DNA of 64,000 bases. Source: Candidatus Latescibacterota bacterium. Its GTDB lineage: Bacteria; Latescibacterota; UBA2968; UBA8231. A model generated the notes under the pieces. The model ran no database searches, was not told the DNA's origin, and saw only the letters and a list, made by a program, of their open reading frames with translations. Location of the stretch: assembly GCA_965217585.1 (NCBI GenBank), contig OZ244561.1:4992001-5056000 (forward strand), read 5' to 3'. Below are positions 1 to 9,360 of this stretch, one piece after another. Positions within the stretch are counted from its first letter, which is position 1, and the number at the start of each line of letters is the position of its first letter. Both the position numbers and the translations under genes were made by a program.

Positions 1-94
1 GCCGATGCGTAAGCTCATGGGGGGCAAGGTACGGCGGGTGGATAGGAGGCGCAATAGAATCTGTAATTAACGTTAGGCACAGGCTTCCCGGTAG

Positions 95-131
95 AGATGC
101 TTCGACTCCGCTCCGCTCCGCTCAGCATGAC
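95..131. repeat. REP-like short element (GTCATGCTGAGCGGAGCGGAGCGGAGTCGAAGCATCT on the minus strand), single copy
   Basis: Intergenic; contains a short CTCCG tandem repeat; resembles the widespread GTCATGCTGAGC...GAAGCATC repeat family (recognised from memory). Confidence 0.55.
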
Positions 132-227
132 TAAGATGGGCAGTTCCCGGCCTGTTGATTTGGCGTTGGCGAGGCCGTGCGCTATTTTGCAGCCGACCTG
201 TCCACTCTCTTGCCCGGCTAAAATCCC

Positions 228-1055
228 ATGTCCAGTCCCATCGCAGCCGACCGGCCGTACTCGCCGGAAGAAACCCAGCGCATCATCGAGCAATTCAACC
301 GCGACGGCTACTATCACCTAGGGCCCGTCCTCGCAGCCGATGAGGTCGAGGCCCTGCGCGAGGCCCTGGCGCGCAAAGTCGCAGATCCCCGCATCCTGAA
401 CGACCAAGCAGGCGATCACATCCGCGGCATCAGCCTCATGCGCATGTTCGAATACAGCGAGGCCTTCCGCGACTTGGTCGTCCGCGAGCCGTTTGCCAGC
501 TTGGCCGAAGCCATCTTGGGCGACAACTGCCACCTCATGTCGCAAAACGCCCTGTACACCGAGCCCGATTCTAGCAAAGTGCCCGACGGCCCCGGCGGCT
601 GGCACCTCGACGATTTGATTCACTTCCCTCTGCCCGATGAGGTGGAACAGCACGACCCGCGCATCGCCATGCCCTGCTTTGTGTTGCAGATTTTTACCCC
701 GGTCAGCGATGTGGAAAGCATTGAATATGGCCCCACGCAGGTCGTGCCCGGCAGCCATCGCGCCGGTCGTCGCCCCGCCTCCCAAGACGCGCCCACCTTT
801 TGCGGGACGGGACCGGTCTCCTTGTTTGCCCGGGCTGGCGACGCCTACATGTTCAACAACCAGATCTGGCACCGGGGTGCCCCCAATGCCTCGGATCGCA
901 CGCGCTTCATGGCCGGCGCCACGTACAGCAAGCGCTTTATCTCCCAACGCTTTTATCCCTTTATCGACTACCGCATGCCGCCGCACGTGCTGGAGGGCGC
1001 CTCGCCCCGTCTGCAGCGCTTGCTCGGCCGCCACGAGAAAGGCTCCTACGGCTGA
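228..1055 (+). CDS. Phytanoyl-CoA dioxygenase (PhyH) family 2OG-Fe(II) dioxygenase
   Basis: FNRDGY start motif, WHLD (HxD), VVPGSH, distal His in IWHRG. Confidence 0.9.
   Translation: MSSPIAADRPYSPEETQRIIEQFNRDGYYHLGPVLAADEVEALREALARKVADPRILNDQAGDHIRGISLMRMFEYSEAFRDLVVREPFASLAEAILGDNCHLMSQNALYTEPDSSKVPDGPGGWHLDDLIHFPLPDEVEQHDPRIAMPCFVLQIFTPVSDVESIEYGPTQVVPGSHRAGRRPASQDAPTFCGTGPVSLFARAGDAYMFNNQIWHRGAPNASDRTRFMAGATYSKRFISQRFYPFIDYRMPPHVLEGASPRLQRLLGRHEKGSYG
993..1055 (+). repeat. Direct repeat copy 1: last 63 nt of the PhyH gene
   Basis: 58/63 identical to 2220-2282 by manual alignment. Confidence 0.95.
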
Positions 1056-1225
1056 GGTCAGATTCCGCCCGCTCTCTGGCCACCTACCGCAGCACAACTG
1101 GGGAGACGAAGTGGGAAGAGCTGACCGCCACGGCGCAGATGGGCGAGAGAGTTGAGCGCTGAACCATGAGACGGGGAGACGGGCTCGAAGATGAGTCTCC
1201 TCCTCGCCGGGACAAGGACTTCACC

Positions 1226-2221
1226 ATGAAATTTGGCATCATCGGCTGCGGCTCCATAGCCGAGCATTCGTTCGGGCCGAGCCTGCTGGCTTCGGAACGG
1301 ACCGACCTCGTCGCCGTCTGCCGTCGCGACCTCGAGGCAGCCAGGGCATTCGCGGCGCGATTCAGTGGCCCGCGCGCGTACGGCTCGGCGGCGGAGCTGG
1401 TGCGCGACGACCGGGTGGAGGCTGTCATCGTGTCGACGCCGGCCGATACCCATTGCGACTACACCTGCTTGGCGGCGGAGCACGGAAAGCACGTACTATG
1501 CGAGAAGCCGATGGCGAGAAACGCCGCCGAGTGTCGCGAAATGATCGCCACGTGCCGGGCTCACGGCGTGACCCTGGCGGTCGCCTACCGCCGGCGCACC
1601 TGTCCGCAAGTGGTCGCGGCCAAGCGGTTGATCGCCGCGGGCCGCATCGGCCGGGTCGTTTTCGCGCGTACCCATTACAGCGGGCGCTGGGATCCGGAAG
1701 CGGGGGATTGGCGGATCGAACCGGGCATCGGCGGCGCCCTGATGGAAATGGCGTCTCATCGCATCGAAGTGCTGTTGAACTTCGGCGGCCGGCCGCAGTC
1801 GGTGAGCGCTGTGGTCGACACGGTCGGCCACGACTGGCCCGTCGATGACACCGACGCCCTGATCGTGCGCTTCGAGGGTGGCGGGATCGGCATGCACTCG
1901 ACGATCCTGACCTCGCCACCGCGTCGCGACTTTGCCCAGATCGACGGCGATGGCGGCAGGATACTGATTGACCCGCTGGAGTTGACGGCGGATCACCTAA
2001 TTCTGGAACTGCCCGATGGAACTGAGAGGATTGAGGTGGAGCCGCTGCAGGAGAAGCTATTCGATCTGCCGATGATCGAGGATTTCGCCGCCGCCGCGGA
2101 GCGCGGTGAAAAACCGGTCTGTGACGCGGAGAGCGGCTACTGGGTGCAGGCGGTCGCCGACGCCGCCCGCGCCTCATCGAGTTCAGGTGCCGCGGTCGCC
2201 ATCGAACCGCTGGGCTCTTGA
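1226..2221 (+). CDS. Gfo/Idh/MocA family NAD(P)-dependent oxidoreductase
   Basis: MKFGIIGCGSIA Rossmann motif, HVLCEKPMA, GGALMEMASH; start moved to ATG 1226 after AAGGA. Confidence 0.9.
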   Translation: MKFGIIGCGSIAEHSFGPSLLASERTDLVAVCRRDLEAARAFAARFSGPRAYGSAAELVRDDRVEAVIVSTPADTHCDYTCLAAEHGKHVLCEKPMARNAAECREMIATCRAHGVTLAVAYRRRTCPQVVAAKRLIAAGRIGRVVFARTHYSGRWDPEAGDWRIEPGIGGALMEMASHRIEVLLNFGGRPQSVSAVVDTVGHDWPVDDTDALIVRFEGGGIGMHSTILTSPPRRDFAQIDGDGGRILIDPLELTADHLILELPDGTERIEVEPLQEKLFDLPMIEDFAAAAERGEKPVCDAESGYWVQAVADAARASSSSGAAVAIEPLGS

Positions 2222-2282
2222 GGGTGCCTCGCCCCGTTTGCAGCGCTTGCTCGGCCGCCAGGAGAAAGGTGCCTACGGCTGA
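2220..2282 (+). pseudogene. Displaced 3' end of a second PhyH allele (direct repeat copy 2)
   Basis: Reads EGASPRLQRLLGRQEKGAYG* versus EGASPRLQRLLGRHEKGSYG* in the intact gene; 5 mismatches, 3 synonymous. Confidence 0.9.
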
Positions 2283-2289
2283 GTGCGGG

Positions 2290-3378
2290 TTATTGGGTGG
2301 CGCGCACTTCGTCGGACCAATCTCGCCAGATGTCGCCGTTGGTGTTGTCCACTACCAGTGGGTCGGGGAGGGATGCGGGCGTTTTGAGGAAACCGTAGAT
2401 GGTTGCTTGGCGGATGACGTCAGCAGATAGATTTTGCCCGGCGATGTGCAAAATTTTGGTGTGCCACAAAACCACCGTGCCAGCGGGGCCGTGGCAATCG
2501 ACGGGCTGGGTATCGACCTTGATGCGTTGGATGACGGGGTCGTTGTAGCCGCCGGCCTTGCGTTCCGCCAAATGTTTGTCGGTGTGCTTTTCGCCTTCGA
2601 GAAAGGTCTCCCACTGCTCGCGCCAGATCCGGCTGTGGCTGCCCGGCCACACCGTGAAGCCGCCGGAATTGGGCGGTAGGTCGTCGATGTACGCCGACAT
2701 TTGCAGCCGCCAGCGGCCGTAGCAGGCACCGTCGGAGTGGGCACCTCGGTAGTCGGGGCCAGGAGACGGACTGTTGGGCAGGGTGCAATACAAGCCGCGC
2801 GTCCCTTGTCCGTTGAGCCATATCGGGCCGGTCTTGGGCAGGCGCAGTGCTTCCTCGGTGGTGAAGGATCCTTTCTCTGGCCACTTCTCGATCTCTTTGC
2901 CCAAGTGGCTGGCTAGCCCTCCCACTGCATCGTCGCACATGAAGCACGGACCCGTCGTGATGCCAGCGTCATCCTCTCCAGCGGGCCACACTACCGTGTC
3001 CTCGCCAAGCAATTGCTCGGCGACTTGCCACAAGGCCCGAGGGGCCAAGTCGAGCATGAATTGTTCGGCACCGTTGCGGACATAGAAGCGGTGGCTGTTG
3101 CCGGCGAAATAGGGATCTCCGCCGATCTCGGGCCGTTGCGCGTTCAGCACGGAGCTTTCTTCCTCGGTAAGCGGGTCCCAGGTGGAGGGATCGTCCCGTT
3201 TTATGCGGGGCAAGTGGGTTGCAATCGCGGCCCACATTTCGTCCCTGGCTTGGCGGCAGAGTTCGGGGTCGAGCACGGCGGGGAGTACGAGGAATCCGTC
3301 GCGCTTGAACTGGGCTATTTGGCTCGCGGTTAGGAGCGGGACTTGCTGTACGCTTGGGGTGGTTGGCGTTGGTTGCAT
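2290..3378 (-). CDS. PhyH family dioxygenase
   Basis: LTASQIAQFKRDGFLV, GAHSDG (HxD), GGFTVWPGSH, LHIAG. Confidence 0.85.
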   Translation of the reverse strand: MQPTPTTPSVQQVPLLTASQIAQFKRDGFLVLPAVLDPELCRQARDEMWAAIATHLPRIKRDDPSTWDPLTEEESSVLNAQRPEIGGDPYFAGNSHRFYVRNGAEQFMLDLAPRALWQVAEQLLGEDTVVWPAGEDDAGITTGPCFMCDDAVGGLASHLGKEIEKWPEKGSFTTEEALRLPKTGPIWLNGQGTRGLYCTLPNSPSPGPDYRGAHSDGACYGRWRLQMSAYIDDLPPNSGGFTVWPGSHSRIWREQWETFLEGEKHTDKHLAERKAGGYNDPVIQRIKVDTQPVDCHGPAGTVVLWHTKILHIAGQNLSADVIRQATIYGFLKTPASLPDPLVVDNTNGDIWRDWSDEVRATQ

Positions 3379-3536
3379 TTTCCTTTTCCTATTAAGACCG
3401 GTGGTTAGGGGCTGACTATAGGCGTTACAAAGGGTCTTTTAGGGAGCTTGGTCAAGCGGCGTCTTCCATGAGTGATGGTGAGGCGGCGCGAACGTCCAAT
3501 CCAACCCTGCTATCGGATCACTGCGGCCGCACTTGG

Positions 3537-6500
3537 TCAAAGTTTGATGAGCTCCTCGGCGTTGCGGTAGCTGCGGAGATATTGGTCGAAGAGGTGATTC
3601 TTGAGCTCCGCTCCAAAGGCGCGATCATCAGTTATGCGCTTGTACAGATCAAAGTTAGAATCGACGATCTCCTGGATCACTTGCTCGACCTTGTGGTCGA
3701 AGGTCAAGCGCACGTTTTCTCGCGTATTCACCCGCGCTGCGGCATCGAGTGCGGCGTCGCCAGCGAGCCTTTCCATCATCTGGCTAAGAGTGACGCGATG
3801 TTCGGGGCCGAGTTCGATCCCAAAGCGCTCGTTTAGCTCGGCGATGATCCGAGACAGCGTCTCTATTTCTTCCGGTACATGTCCGTGCGCGTCCTTCGTA
3901 CCGATGGGGTCGAGCGTCCCCGCCTTGCGCTCAAGGCCGATTTTGCCGCTCCCCGTCTCCTGGACCCGATACGATTCCATATCGATGTTCTGCTGCACTT
4001 CGTGCGGTAATTCCTCTTGGTCGGCGGGTAAGAGTCGGCGCAAGTACCGTGCGAAGACGTAGAGCTTTTCCAGATCGACATCGGCAAAGGTCAATATCTG
4101 CGCGAGGAACGCATAAAGCCGCACGTAGTCCGTGAGCTTGCTGCGGAAATTCTGTCGCTCGTCCTCGTGTAGCTCCTGAAAACGAGCGACGACTGGATTG
4201 AGCACGGCGTAGAGCTGATCCTGCGTGACTGTGCCGTCGAAATAGACTTTGGCGAAACTGTCCACGTCGGTTTGGGCATAAACGGGGAACGTACCGAGGC
4301 TGGTTTGGATTTCGTAGAGCAGGTTGGGATCGGTCGCTTCCGACAACAGCGTCGTCTCGTAATAAGGCTCGAAGGCGGTCTTGATCTCGTCGGACTCGTT
4401 GGCGAAGTCGAGCACCATGGTGCCTTGTTTTTCCGCGTGTGTGCGGTTGAGGCGCGACAGCGTCTGCACTGCGTTCACGCCGCCGAGTTTTTTGTCCACA
4501 TACATCGTGTGTAGCAGCGGCTGGTCGAACCCGGTCTGAAACTTGTTGGCGACGATCAGGAAGCGATAGTCCGGGCCCTCGAACGTCTTGGCGGTCTGCG
4601 TCTCCGAGATTCCGTTCATACCTACTTCAGTGTAGGACCGGCCGTCATCGTCAACGGTGCCCGAGAACGCAACCAGCGCCTTGAACGGATATCCCCGCTC
4701 GGCAAGGTACTCGTCCACCGCCAGCTTGTAGCGCACTGCGTGCAGACGCGAGCGAGTGACGATCATTGCTTTCGCCCTGCCGTTGATCTGGTTCTGCACC
4801 TGCTCGGCAAAGTGCTCGACTATGATACGCACTTTCTCGCCGATGGCGTGCGGGTGCAGCTCGACAAAGGATTTGAGCAGAAAAGCGGCTTTGTGCTTGT
4901 CGTAGCGCGGATCGTCCTCGACTATCTTCCACAGCCGCCAATAGGCCGTGTAGGTGGTGTAGTTTCCCAAGACATCGAGGATAAACCCCTCCTCGATTGC
5001 TTGGCGCATGCTGTAGAGGTGAAATGGTGCGAACGAGCTGTCGGGGCGCTTGGTCCCGAAAAGCTCCAGCGTCTTGGGCTTGGGCGTCGCGGTGAAGGCA
5101 AAGGTCGAAAGATTGGGCAAGCGTCCGCGCTTTTCCATCTCGGCCAAGATCGCGTTCTCGCGCGCCTCTTCGGGGGTCTCGGCGTTGGATTCCTCACTCT
5201 CTGCCTCTTCGAGCGATGCCGGAGCCAGCACGGCCTTGAGGCTCTTGGTGCTCTCTCCCGACTGCGATGAGTGCGCTTCATCGACGATCAGGGCGAAGCG
5301 CTTGCCCGGCAGTGCGCCGATTTCCGCGGCGATCACCGGGAATTTCTGTAGCGTGGTGACGATGATCGTCTTGCCCGCTTCGAGGGCGTCTTTGAGTTGG
5401 CGCGAGGTGGTGTCGATGTTTTCCACCACGCCCAGCGTCTGCTCAAACTGGCGTATGGTGCTTTGGAGTTGGCGGTCGAGCACGCGGCGGTCGGTGATGA
5501 CCACGATGGAATCGAAGACGCGGCGGTCATTGGCATCGTGCAAGGTGGAGAGTTGGTGGGCGAGCCAAGCGATGGTAAAGCTCTTGCCGCTCCCGGCCGA
5601 GTGTTGGATGAGATAGTGCTGTCCCGTCCCCTTCTCGCGGGCATCGGCAACGAGCTGGCGCACGCAATCGAGTTGCTGATAGCGCGGAAAGATCAGGAAC
5701 CGCTTGCCGGTCTTGCGGCCGGTCTCATCTTCTTCTTCGACTTCGTGGATGAACTGGCGCACCAAGTCGAGTACGCTGTCGCGCGCCCAGGTTTCTTCCC
5801 AAAGATAGGCGGTGGCATAGCCGGTTTGCGTTGGTGGGATGGGTGGATTGCCAGCCCCGCCGAATTTACCCCGGTTATAGGGCAGGAAGCGCGTCTTGGG
5901 GCCGGCGAGATGCGTCGCGACGTAGACTAGGTTTGGATCGACGGCGAAATGGGCCAGACAGCGGTCATAGGCCAACAGGGGCTCGCGCGGATCGCGGTCG
6001 GTTTTGTATTGGCGGATCGCGTCCTCGACAGTCTGGCCGCTGAGTGGGTTCTTGAGTTCGGCGGTGAAGATTGGGATGCCGTTGAGGAACAGCATTAGAT
6101 CGAGGCTTTTTTCGTTTTTGGTGCTGTAGCGGACTTGGCGGACGACGGCGAAGAAGTTGGCCATGTACAACCGCCGTGTCTCCTCGTTGAGGCCGCTCGC
6201 CGGGCGGAAATAGGCGAGCCGGAACGTGCAGCCCATGTCCTTTACGCCAGTTCGCAGGACATTGAGTGCGCCACGGCGTTCAATTTCGGATGACACGCGT
6301 TTGAGAAACCGCTCTTTGACTTGGGTGCCGTAGTGTTGGGACAGCTTCTGCCATTCCTTTGGTTGCGTGGCCAGCACAAAGTCTAGGACATCGTTGGGTA
6401 AGAGGCACAGTGCGCGGTCGTAGTCCTGGGGTCGGCGTTTGAGATAGCCGCCGGGCTGCATTCCTTCGTCGCCGTAGGGCACCCGGCCCTCACTCGCAAC

Positions 6501-6596
6501 AGGCGGAACGCCGCCTACTTCGTCCGGGCCGTGGCGGAGCAGAGCCGCTTCGATGGCGTCTTCAAAGGCGCGTTCGGATATCTTCTTGGAATTCAT
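3537..6596 (-). CDS. hsdR: Type I restriction endonuclease subunit R
   Basis: DLMLFLNGIPIFTAELKN nuclease motif, QHSAGSGKS Walker A, DEAH box, FTATP, TGFDQP, QTLSRLNR. Confidence 0.95.
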   Translation of the reverse strand: MNSKKISERAFEDAIEAALLRHGPDEVGGVPPVASEGRVPYGDEGMQPGGYLKRRPQDYDRALCLLPNDVLDFVLATQPKEWQKLSQHYGTQVKERFLKRVSSEIERRGALNVLRTGVKDMGCTFRLAYFRPASGLNEETRRLYMANFFAVVRQVRYSTKNEKSLDLMLFLNGIPIFTAELKNPLSGQTVEDAIRQYKTDRDPREPLLAYDRCLAHFAVDPNLVYVATHLAGPKTRFLPYNRGKFGGAGNPPIPPTQTGYATAYLWEETWARDSVLDLVRQFIHEVEEEDETGRKTGKRFLIFPRYQQLDCVRQLVADAREKGTGQHYLIQHSAGSGKSFTIAWLAHQLSTLHDANDRRVFDSIVVITDRRVLDRQLQSTIRQFEQTLGVVENIDTTSRQLKDALEAGKTIIVTTLQKFPVIAAEIGALPGKRFALIVDEAHSSQSGESTKSLKAVLAPASLEEAESEESNAETPEEARENAILAEMEKRGRLPNLSTFAFTATPKPKTLELFGTKRPDSSFAPFHLYSMRQAIEEGFILDVLGNYTTYTAYWRLWKIVEDDPRYDKHKAAFLLKSFVELHPHAIGEKVRIIVEHFAEQVQNQINGRAKAMIVTRSRLHAVRYKLAVDEYLAERGYPFKALVAFSGTVDDDGRSYTEVGMNGISETQTAKTFEGPDYRFLIVANKFQTGFDQPLLHTMYVDKKLGGVNAVQTLSRLNRTHAEKQGTMVLDFANESDEIKTAFEPYYETTLLSEATDPNLLYEIQTSLGTFPVYAQTDVDSFAKVYFDGTVTQDQLYAVLNPVVARFQELHEDERQNFRSKLTDYVRLYAFLAQILTFADVDLEKLYVFARYLRRLLPADQEELPHEVQQNIDMESYRVQETGSGKIGLERKAGTLDPIGTKDAHGHVPEEIETLSRIIAELNERFGIELGPEHRVTLSQMMERLAGDAALDAAARVNTRENVRLTFDHKVEQVIQEIVDSNFDLYKRITDDRAFGAELKNHLFDQYLRSYRNAEELIKL

Positions 6597-7780
6597 AGAT
6601 TATCTCGTGCCGTCGTTTTGACTTGTTCTGCGCTGTACGGTGCCTCTAGTACTTCAAGCATGGCTCGTGCGCAATACACTCGGTTGCGTCTCGCCTCTCC
6701 AATCAGCGTGACGATGCCTGCCGATTCTAGCCGGTCGAGGGCGCGCCGAGCCGTGGTATAGGCGACCGCTAGCCTTGCCGCAATTTCGCGCACGGTCCAA
6801 AAGGGGTTTTCGACAAACAACTCCAACACCTTCTTTGATTGCCCCGATTGAATACCGGCGAGTTGCTCCGACCACTGCTGAAACAATTCGTCGATGCGTT
6901 GGATGCGGCCAATAGCGTCCTCGGCTTGGAGCGCCACGCCGCGCAGGAAGTATATCAGCCACTCTTCCCACTGCCCGTTTTGAGTTACCGCAAGCAGGCG
7001 TGCGTAGTATTCTTGGCGCGTGGCTTCTAAGTAAGCGCTCAAGTATAGAAGCGGTGCTGGCAGAACGCCACGGGCGACGAATAGCAGCGTGATGAGCAGG
7101 CGGCCAATGCGTCCATTTCCGTCTATGAACGGATGGATGGCCTCGAACTGCGAGTGGGCGAGCGCGGCGTGTATCAGAGGGGGCAGGGTGTCGTCGTGGA
7201 GGAAGTTTTCCCACTCGCCTAGACACGCCATCAGTTCTTCGGGTGGTGGGGGAATGTAGGTGGCGTTGTTCAGGACACATCCGGGCGGACCGATCCAGTT
7301 CTGGCTGCGGCGAAACTCGCCGGGCGTGGCCGTGTCGTCCCGCACGCCCCGCATCAGCTTTTCGTGCAGTTCGCGTATGAGGCGCAGCGACAGCGGCAGC
7401 GTGTTTAGGCGCTGTATCCCGAATTCTAGCGCGACGACGTAGTTGGCGACCTCGTGCAGATCAGCAGAACTCTGCTCGACCCTTGCCCCGGCTTGGGCGG
7501 CAAGCAATTCGCCTAGGGTTGTCTGCGTGCCTTCAATGCGGCTGGAGAGTACGGCTTCACGGCGCAGGAACGGCCTGATGAAGAGATGGGGGTTGGGCAG
7601 TCGCCGACCTTCGCCTGCGAGTCGGCCGATTGCTTGGTCGGCGCGGGAGAGTGCGGCGACGAGTTCTCCGTCCCAAGCAATCGGTGGCGGTAGGGGTGCC
7701 GGGACGTAGGCGCGGTAGCCGCTCGGACATTGGACCGTGCGACCGTGGGGGTGGCGTGTCCCATCAATACCAAGATTCAC
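6593..7780 (-). CDS. Fic family protein with N-terminal Fic/DOC domain and C-terminal wHTH
   Basis: EAVLSSRIEG and HPFIDGNGRIGR Fic motif; ATAG/ATG 4-nt overlap with hsdR; GTG 7780 start is uncertain. Confidence 0.9.
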   Translation of the reverse strand: MNLGIDGTRHPHGRTVQCPSGYRAYVPAPLPPPIAWDGELVAALSRADQAIGRLAGEGRRLPNPHLFIRPFLRREAVLSSRIEGTQTTLGELLAAQAGARVEQSSADLHEVANYVVALEFGIQRLNTLPLSLRLIRELHEKLMRGVRDDTATPGEFRRSQNWIGPPGCVLNNATYIPPPPEELMACLGEWENFLHDDTLPPLIHAALAHSQFEAIHPFIDGNGRIGRLLITLLFVARGVLPAPLLYLSAYLEATRQEYYARLLAVTQNGQWEEWLIYFLRGVALQAEDAIGRIQRIDELFQQWSEQLAGIQSGQSKKVLELFVENPFWTVREIAARLAVAYTTARRALDRLESAGIVTLIGEARRNRVYCARAMLEVLEAPYSAEQVKTTARDNL

Positions 7781-7806
7781 AATTTGCTCTTGTTTTCGGG
7801 TGTGAA

Positions 7807-7825
7807 AATAAGAATGGCTCTTATT
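7807..7825. promoter_or_regulatory. Short inverted repeat upstream of fic (AATAAGA-N5-TCTTATT), possible operator
   Basis: Perfect 7-bp arms in an AT-rich stretch before fic. Confidence 0.35.
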
Positions 7826-7930
7826 AGCGTTAATGCTGGAATACGATAATAGCATAACGGAAATGGGCGGATAGGGAAAGAACCGTCCCCCGTGCCTAGC
7901 GCAGAGGTGCTGGTTGCACTCTGACTCGGT

Positions 7931-9316
7931 TCACTCGGTAGCCTCCCGCACGTCGATCTTGCCCGTCACTGCTGCCGAGATGAGGGCGGTGCGGAGTTCG
8001 TTGAGGCGGTCGAGGGCTTCGCGGACTTTGGCGACTAGGACGTCGATTTGGGCCGTCTCGTGGTCGAGGAAGGCGGCGATGGCGCGTTGTTCGGACTCGT
8101 TGGGCACGGGTATTGGGCTCCCTATGGAACCGATTCGTTCAATATTGAGATTACCCTGAGTATTGACTGGTGCTTCGCGAAGCAATTCAGGCTTCATAGC
8201 CAAGAATAAGTAAAAAAGAAAGTCGCGTTCGATGCCACTTCGAGGGACGAATCCCACAACGCTGTCGGGAAAACATGCTGCGAAATCGAGAACTGCAACG
8301 TCGCCAATATTTGCTGCGATCGTCATCACGAGCGTCCCCGAAGGAAACATCTTGCTGACGCTTAATCCGCGTTCATTCAAGGTCTGCCGATAACCTGTGA
8401 TCTCTTTCTGGGCACGTGTCACGTCACCTGTCTGAACGAAAGGGTAAGGTCCATCGTATAGGGCTGGGTCATTCCGTGGCCGGTGAGTAAACTTACCTCT
8501 GAGAATTTCAGAAATCTGATTTACGCGCTTCACCTCCCAATGCGCCGGAATCTCTCCCAGCCACTCGACGCCGGAGTCCTTCAGGGGCACGTCGGGGGGG
8601 TCAAGGCCCTTGGTTACGGCGTCGCTGATCAGGGCGGTGCGCTTTTCTTGGAGCAGCTCGATCAGCCGCTCCTTCTTGGCGACGAGGGCGTCGATTTTGG
8701 CCGTCTCGCGGTCGAGGAAGGCGGCGATGGCGCGTTGTTCGGAGAGGGGTGGTGTAGGAATTGGTAAGGCACCGAATTTTTCAGAAGTGAAGTGCGCTAT
8801 TGTTGCCCGATTACAGAGAATCTCGAACCATCCTTGCGATGCAGCATGCTTCAATAGATATATTAGCAAACGAATGCTGCTGGTCCCTGTAGATCGAACC
8901 CGATGGAGTGCATTCTGGATTATAGCTCTATCTGGAGGATTACGTACGATCCCCGCTCGTCCGACTTCACCTCCTTCGCAGACAAGCAGATCGCCATCGA
9001 GTACGCCATACTGCACTTCGTCCGCAGGGTCTGCCCACATTATGGGCATCCCAGTAGTTCGAACGGTCTCCCACTGGACATGTTGGGCCTTGAAATACGG
9101 GATTTCGGAATCCTGCGGACCTCTGGCTGTGGGTTGGAGCATCTTCCCCAACTGGATCGTGAACTCTCTACGCGATGCCTTTACCTCCCAATGCGCCGGA
9201 ATCTCCCATAGCCACTCGATGCCGGAGTCCTTGTAGGCCGGATAGGGTCTGTATCGCTCCGCACCCATAATGGATGTGACGCCGCTCGCCCCAATGTCGG
9301 CGGACCGGTTCCTCAT
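7931..9316 (-). CDS. hsdS: Type I R-M specificity subunit S (two TRDs)
   Basis: Repeated conserved blocks KDSG.EWL.EIPAHWEVK and SEQRAIAAFLD.ETA.ID; C-terminal LISAAVTGKIDVR; GGAGG RBS before ATG 9316. Confidence 0.95.
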   Translation of the reverse strand: MRNRSADIGASGVTSIMGAERYRPYPAYKDSGIEWLWEIPAHWEVKASRREFTIQLGKMLQPTARGPQDSEIPYFKAQHVQWETVRTTGMPIMWADPADEVQYGVLDGDLLVCEGGEVGRAGIVRNPPDRAIIQNALHRVRSTGTSSIRLLIYLLKHAASQGWFEILCNRATIAHFTSEKFGALPIPTPPLSEQRAIAAFLDRETAKIDALVAKKERLIELLQEKRTALISDAVTKGLDPPDVPLKDSGVEWLGEIPAHWEVKRVNQISEILRGKFTHRPRNDPALYDGPYPFVQTGDVTRAQKEITGYRQTLNERGLSVSKMFPSGTLVMTIAANIGDVAVLDFAACFPDSVVGFVPRSGIERDFLFYLFLAMKPELLREAPVNTQGNLNIERIGSIGSPIPVPNESEQRAIAAFLDHETAQIDVLVAKVREALDRLNELRTALISAAVTGKIDVREATE

Positions 9317-9360
9317 CTATTTCTCCTCCCTTGAACTTGTGTAGCTCTCATCATCCAGTT

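Noticed and set aside
1-18. Possible start (MSLRIG) of a minus-strand gene leaving the window
   Set aside because: Six codons are too few to support a call
993-2282. Autonomous integrative element or prophage with attL/attR
   Set aside because: Only about 1.2 kb lies between the repeats and there is no integrase; kept as a non-autonomous insertion
7931-9316. hsdS shufflon (invertible TRDs)
   Set aside because: Repeats are direct, there is no silent hsdS copy and no recombinase nearby
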